Shown here piece by piece: positions 59,671 to 63,143 of a stretch of DNA of 63,143 nucleotides. The position numbers and the translations under genes are program-made. Below the pieces are notes generated by a model. It saw only the letters and a list, made by a program, of their open reading frames with translations. It did no database searches and was not told where the DNA came from. Numbering within the stretch: position 1 is the first letter of the stretch; every line of letters starts with the position of its first letter. This stretch comes from Clostridia bacterium (GTDB lineage Bacteria > Bacillota > Peptococcia > DRI-13 > DTU073), in the NCBI GenBank assembly GCA_028684195.1, contig JAQUGH010000002.1:1-63143 (forward strand). The letters run 5' to 3'.

Positions 59671-61260
59671 TTGATTAGTACAAGTAATATCGGCTTAAGG
59701 TATGGTGAACAAAAATTGTTTGAGAATGTTAACATTAAATTTTCTCATGGAAACTGTTACGGACTAATTGGTGCTAATGGTGCAGGTAAGTCAACATTTC
59801 TGAAGATACTTTCTGGAGAAATTGAAGCTAATACAGGTGAAGTAAACATTACACCTGGTGAAAGATTAGCTATATTAAAACAGGATCATTTTGAATTTGA
59901 TGAGTATGAAGTATTAAAAACTGTAATAATGGGACATTCAAAGCTTTATTCAATTATGGAAGAAAAAGATGCCCTATATGCAAAAGAAAATTTTTCTGAT
60001 TCAGATGGTATGAAGGCAGCTGAGTTAGAATTTGAATTTTCCGAGTTAAATGGTTGGGATGCTGAATTTGAAGCCGCCTCCTTGCTTACTGGGTTAGGAA
60101 TCGCAGAAGACCTCCATAATAAGAAGATGCAAGAATTGAACGGTACTGAAAAAGTAAAAGTATTATTAGCACAAGCATTGTTTGGTCATCCTAATATACT
60201 ATTATTAGATGAACCAACAAATCATTTAGATATAAAATCTATCAAATGGTTAGAAAATTTCTTGCTTGATTTTGAAAACACAGTAATTGTCGTATCCCAC
60301 GATAGACATTTTTTAAATAAAGTCTGTACACATATTGCAGATATAGACTATGGGAAAATAAAAATATTTGTAGGAAACTATGATTTTTGGTGTCAATCAA
60401 GCGAGTTAATATTACAGATGGCAAAAAATAAAAATATAAAGATGGAAGAGAAGATAAAAGATTTACAAAATTTTATTGCTCGTTTCAGTGCTAATGCTTC
60501 TAAATCAAAGCAAGCTACATCTCGTAAGAAACAGTTGGAAAAATTGAATTTAGAAGATATACAACCATCTTCAAGGAAGTATCCATATATTGCATTTAAA
60601 CCTGAAAGAGAAGCGGGGAATGAGTTGTTAACAGTCGAGAATCTTACTAAAACTATTGATGATGCTCGTATACTAGATAACATTAGTTTTAGGATAAATA
60701 AAGGAGATAAAATTGCTTTAGTTGGTTCTGATGGAATTGCAAAGACTACACTTATGAATATTTTAATGGGCGAACTTGAAGCAGATAGCGGAGAATACAA
60801 ATGGGGAATTACAACTTCACAATCTTATTTTCCAAGTGACAATACTAGATACTTTAACGATATTGAATTAAATCTAATTGACTGGTTACGCCAATTTTCC
60901 GTGGAAAAATCAGAGTCCTTTATACGAGGATTTCTAGGTAGAATGCTTTTTTCTGGAGAAGAAACACTTAAAAAAGCTAAGATACTTTCAGGGGGAGAAA
61001 AAGTTCGTTGTATGCTTTCTAAGATGATGCTTAGTAACGCAAATGTTTTACTTCTTGATGAACCAACAAATCATCTAGACCTCGAATCAATAACTGCATT
61101 AAATAATGGTCTGACAAGTTTCACTGGTACAATTCTTTTTGTATCTCATGATCACGAATTTGTTAATACAATTGCTAACAGAATTATAGAATTTACCCCT
61201 AATGGAATAATAGATAAAAAATTAACCTATGATGAATATTTAGAGAGTAAAGCTTTATGA
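59671..61260 (+). CDS. ABC-F family ATPase (two ABC domains, no TM domain)
   Basis: GANGAGKST and GSDGIAKTT Walker A motifs, LSGGEKVRC signature, two LLLDEPTNHLD Walker B motifs, inter-domain linker. TTG start. Short leader, so it is probably a housekeeping type. Confidence 0.85.
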   Translation: MISTSNIGLRYGEQKLFENVNIKFSHGNCYGLIGANGAGKSTFLKILSGEIEANTGEVNITPGERLAILKQDHFEFDEYEVLKTVIMGHSKLYSIMEEKDALYAKENFSDSDGMKAAELEFEFSELNGWDAEFEAASLLTGLGIAEDLHNKKMQELNGTEKVKVLLAQALFGHPNILLLDEPTNHLDIKSIKWLENFLLDFENTVIVVSHDRHFLNKVCTHIADIDYGKIKIFVGNYDFWCQSSELILQMAKNKNIKMEEKIKDLQNFIARFSANASKSKQATSRKKQLEKLNLEDIQPSSRKYPYIAFKPEREAGNELLTVENLTKTIDDARILDNISFRINKGDKIALVGSDGIAKTTLMNILMGELEADSGEYKWGITTSQSYFPSDNTRYFNDIELNLIDWLRQFSVEKSESFIRGFLGRMLFSGEETLKKAKILSGGEKVRCMLSKMMLSNANVLLLDEPTNHLDLESITALNNGLTSFTGTILFVSHDHEFVNTIANRIIEFTPNGIIDKKLTYDEYLESKAL

Positions 61261-61299
61261 TTATGATTCTATTTTTTACACTATTTCAATGGTATCAAG

Positions 61300-61342
61300 A
61301 AGCTAGTTGACTAAGTAAAGATTTTACTTAGTCAACTAGCTT
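61300..61342. terminator. Bidirectional terminator between convergent genes
   Basis: 18-bp inverted repeat AGCTAGTTGACTAAGTAA(61301-61318)/TTACTTAGTCAACTAGCT(61324-61341). Confidence 0.85.
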
Positions 61343-62229
61343 AAAATATTGGACACCCGCATATAAAATTTTTCTGGTTCTTCTAATGACAACCAGACCT
61401 GTTTGATATCTGAGTAATCCTTTACTAATCCTTGAAATGTTAATGCTTCCTTTAACTTAATTTTTACATTGCAGTTCTCACCAGCGGAAAGATACAGGTT
61501 TTGAGGCTCTTTTTTTGAAACTACAGGAGCTAATGAAAATTCTGGAACAACTTTTCTAATTTGATGAACAGAACTAATTAAATCTAACGGTATAAATTTA
61601 GAACACCTTATACCCATCTGTAACATACAGCCATTACTTCTGAACTCATGTGTATAGTACTTCATAGCATTAAAATCGGCGATTAACCATAGAATCGCCC
61701 ATACCCCTAAGATTAAATGAATCATTTTGCAATACCACCAGTTATCTGGTATTACAAAATTAACCGCTACTATTTCAACTATACATAAGGGAATAATTGC
61801 CTTCAAGAAAAAGCTGTAATTATTTAATTTACTTGTGTATTTGTCCTTATTCAGTCGATTTGCTTTACCCTTTAACGAAAGATAGATGGTGTAATATAGC
61901 TTAAACTCAGCTGTTGCTAGTTTAGCCACTAACTTCGGAACTGCTTCTTCCAAGGCTATCTGTAAGGATTCAAATCCTGAATAGCCTATCGCTTTTGTAA
62001 TTCTATAGCACTTAACAATTTTTTTTAGTTTCATAAATACAGAAAAGAAAAACATTAATTCAATTGCCGCTGCAAACCAAATAAAAAACCACATATATTG
62101 TTTTGGAATTATACCAAAAGCAGTCAATATAATATTAGCTATTACTAAAACTAAAAGTATTTTTATAAAATTTTGTTTTACTTTTTTAAAAGTGCTAATA
62201 GTAACACCTCCAATAATACACTGAATCAA
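61336..62229 (-). CDS. Hypothetical polytopic membrane protein
   Basis: 297-aa ORF with four or more hydrophobic helices. No family recognised. Confidence 0.5.
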   Translation of the reverse strand: MIQCIIGGVTISTFKKVKQNFIKILLVLVIANIILTAFGIIPKQYMWFFIWFAAAIELMFFFSVFMKLKKIVKCYRITKAIGYSGFESLQIALEEAVPKLVAKLATAEFKLYYTIYLSLKGKANRLNKDKYTSKLNNYSFFLKAIIPLCIVEIVAVNFVIPDNWWYCKMIHLILGVWAILWLIADFNAMKYYTHEFRSNGCMLQMGIRCSKFIPLDLISSVHQIRKVVPEFSLAPVVSKKEPQNLYLSAGENCNVKIKLKEALTFQGLVKDYSDIKQVWLSLEEPEKFYMRVSNILS

Positions 62230-62302
62230 AAATATTATATTAAGAATACTATAAATTGCTATTTCAGTTAATTAATATAGATTAATAATGTAAGTGATAA
62301 AA

Positions 62303-63007
62303 CTAAACTCCATATGCAAATAGATTATGAATTGTGTGTGCTATAATTAAAGCTGTAGAATTTTTAAACTTCATGTAATACATAGAATAAATAAAACTAC
62401 TGATTGCAAGACTTATATATAATAACCATTCTTGACCGTACAATAATGTATGGTAACTAATTTGAATTATTACACTTAAGAAAACTACTATTAATTGAGC
62501 TTTAAACCTATTTAAAAATGTATAAAGGAAGAACGTTCTAATAACTAATTCCTCAAATATTGAATTTAAGATAATTAGTAATACAATCCATAATGATAAT
62601 GAAGCTTCTAGATGAGATTGACTGGATAATTCCATGATGAGAAAACCTAGCCCCAAAATATCAACTGATAAAACAAAAACTAAAAAAAATAATAAAATCA
62701 CCAATTCTGAAAATATTAAAATACCTATTCCATGAATTATTCCTGTCCGATTTAGTTTTAAACCAATATCAAAAAAACTTAAATTTTGTTTTCTAAGAAC
62801 AGCATAAACAACTATAAAAGAAACTATCCAATGAAAAATGAGTAGCAGATCTTTAATTAAATGAATGCCAAAAGGTTGTTGTTCGACCGATATAAATCCA
62901 CTAAGCAGAAAAATATTCAAAAGAAAGCAAGGTATTCCTACAGAGATAATAAGAGCTATTAATGCACCTCTTACATTTAGTGATCTTTTCTCAATAATAC
63001 TCTTCAT
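62303..63007 (-). CDS. CPBP-family intramembrane glutamic endopeptidase
   Basis: FEELVIRTFF (EExxxR) and AHTIHN motifs, polytopic. Confidence 0.8.
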   Translation of the reverse strand: MKSIIEKRSLNVRGALIALIISVGIPCFLLNIFLLSGFISVEQQPFGIHLIKDLLLIFHWIVSFIVVYAVLRKQNLSFFDIGLKLNRTGIIHGIGILIFSELVILLFFLVFVLSVDILGLGFLIMELSSQSHLEASLSLWIVLLIILNSIFEELVIRTFFLYTFLNRFKAQLIVVFLSVIIQISYHTLLYGQEWLLYISLAISSFIYSMYYMKFKNSTALIIAHTIHNLFAYGV

Positions 63008-63143
63008 TCATATTACCTCCACAAATACGTATATCATTTAACGGAAACATTTCCCGATGTCCCTCGATATTAAGGTGATGACTAAATCTAAGTTATCGCT
63101 TAACTTACTGAGTCTAAGCGAGCCGGGTCATGTTTTTCTTAGA

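Overview
This is a low-GC (roughly 30% by eye) chromosomal core segment of the kind found in endospore-forming Firmicutes (class Clostridia). All calls come from reading the ORF translations and the DNA; no database search was run. Nearly every gene is on the minus strand. From high to low coordinates on the minus strand the order is: a CPBP protease and a membrane protein, a zinc-ribbon/DUF2007-like protein, two tiny membrane proteins plus a HerA-like ATPase, and a class B PBP. Then come rnfCDGEAB, apbE, a NusG-II protein and a Gx transporter, an FmdB zinc-ribbon protein, sigK, a YqeG-like phosphatase and aroK. Next is a complete type IV pilus cluster (pilB, pilC, pilA, minor pilins, pilM, pilN, pilO, pilT, pilD) followed by comFB. 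After that come an M24 peptidase, efp and a CD1247-like gene, then spoIIIAA to spoIIIAH and the asp23/amaP/DUF2273 group. The final run is nusB, folD, xseA, xseB, ispA, a PAP2-like gene, dxs, tlyA, nadK, a methyltransferase, argR, recN, two accessory genes, spoIVB, spo0A and a five-gene envelope module (SteA-like, MctB-like, GT2, GT4, DUF3866-like). Plus-strand genes are an ABC-F ATPase, an alpha/beta-type SASP and two small tandem coiled-coil paralogs. The most unusual signals are in the spoIIIA locus. (1) The normally contiguous operon is split between spoIIIAB and spoIIIAC by a 1.3 kb cassette. It carries an orphan lysine-rich gene, 48-bp direct repeats, a decayed copy of that gene and its own terminators. 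(2) The terminator-plus-promoter block upstream of spoIIIAA is duplicated upstream of spoIIIAC. (3) spoIIIAD carries an in-frame TAG. (4) A second orphan gene with a similar C-terminal region sits just upstream of spoIIIAA. Other notable items:
- a GC-rich, hairpin-dense segment that replaces the 3' end of the first gene at the window edge
- a 26-nt intergenic motif present in 3 to 4 copies
- a 10-copy tetranucleotide microsatellite
- a structured pilT-pilD leader
- an orphan HerA-like ATPase operon
- an accessory AAA+/PD-(D/E)xK ATPase inserted between spoIVB and recN
I recognised no rRNA, tRNA, CRISPR array, transposase or integrase.
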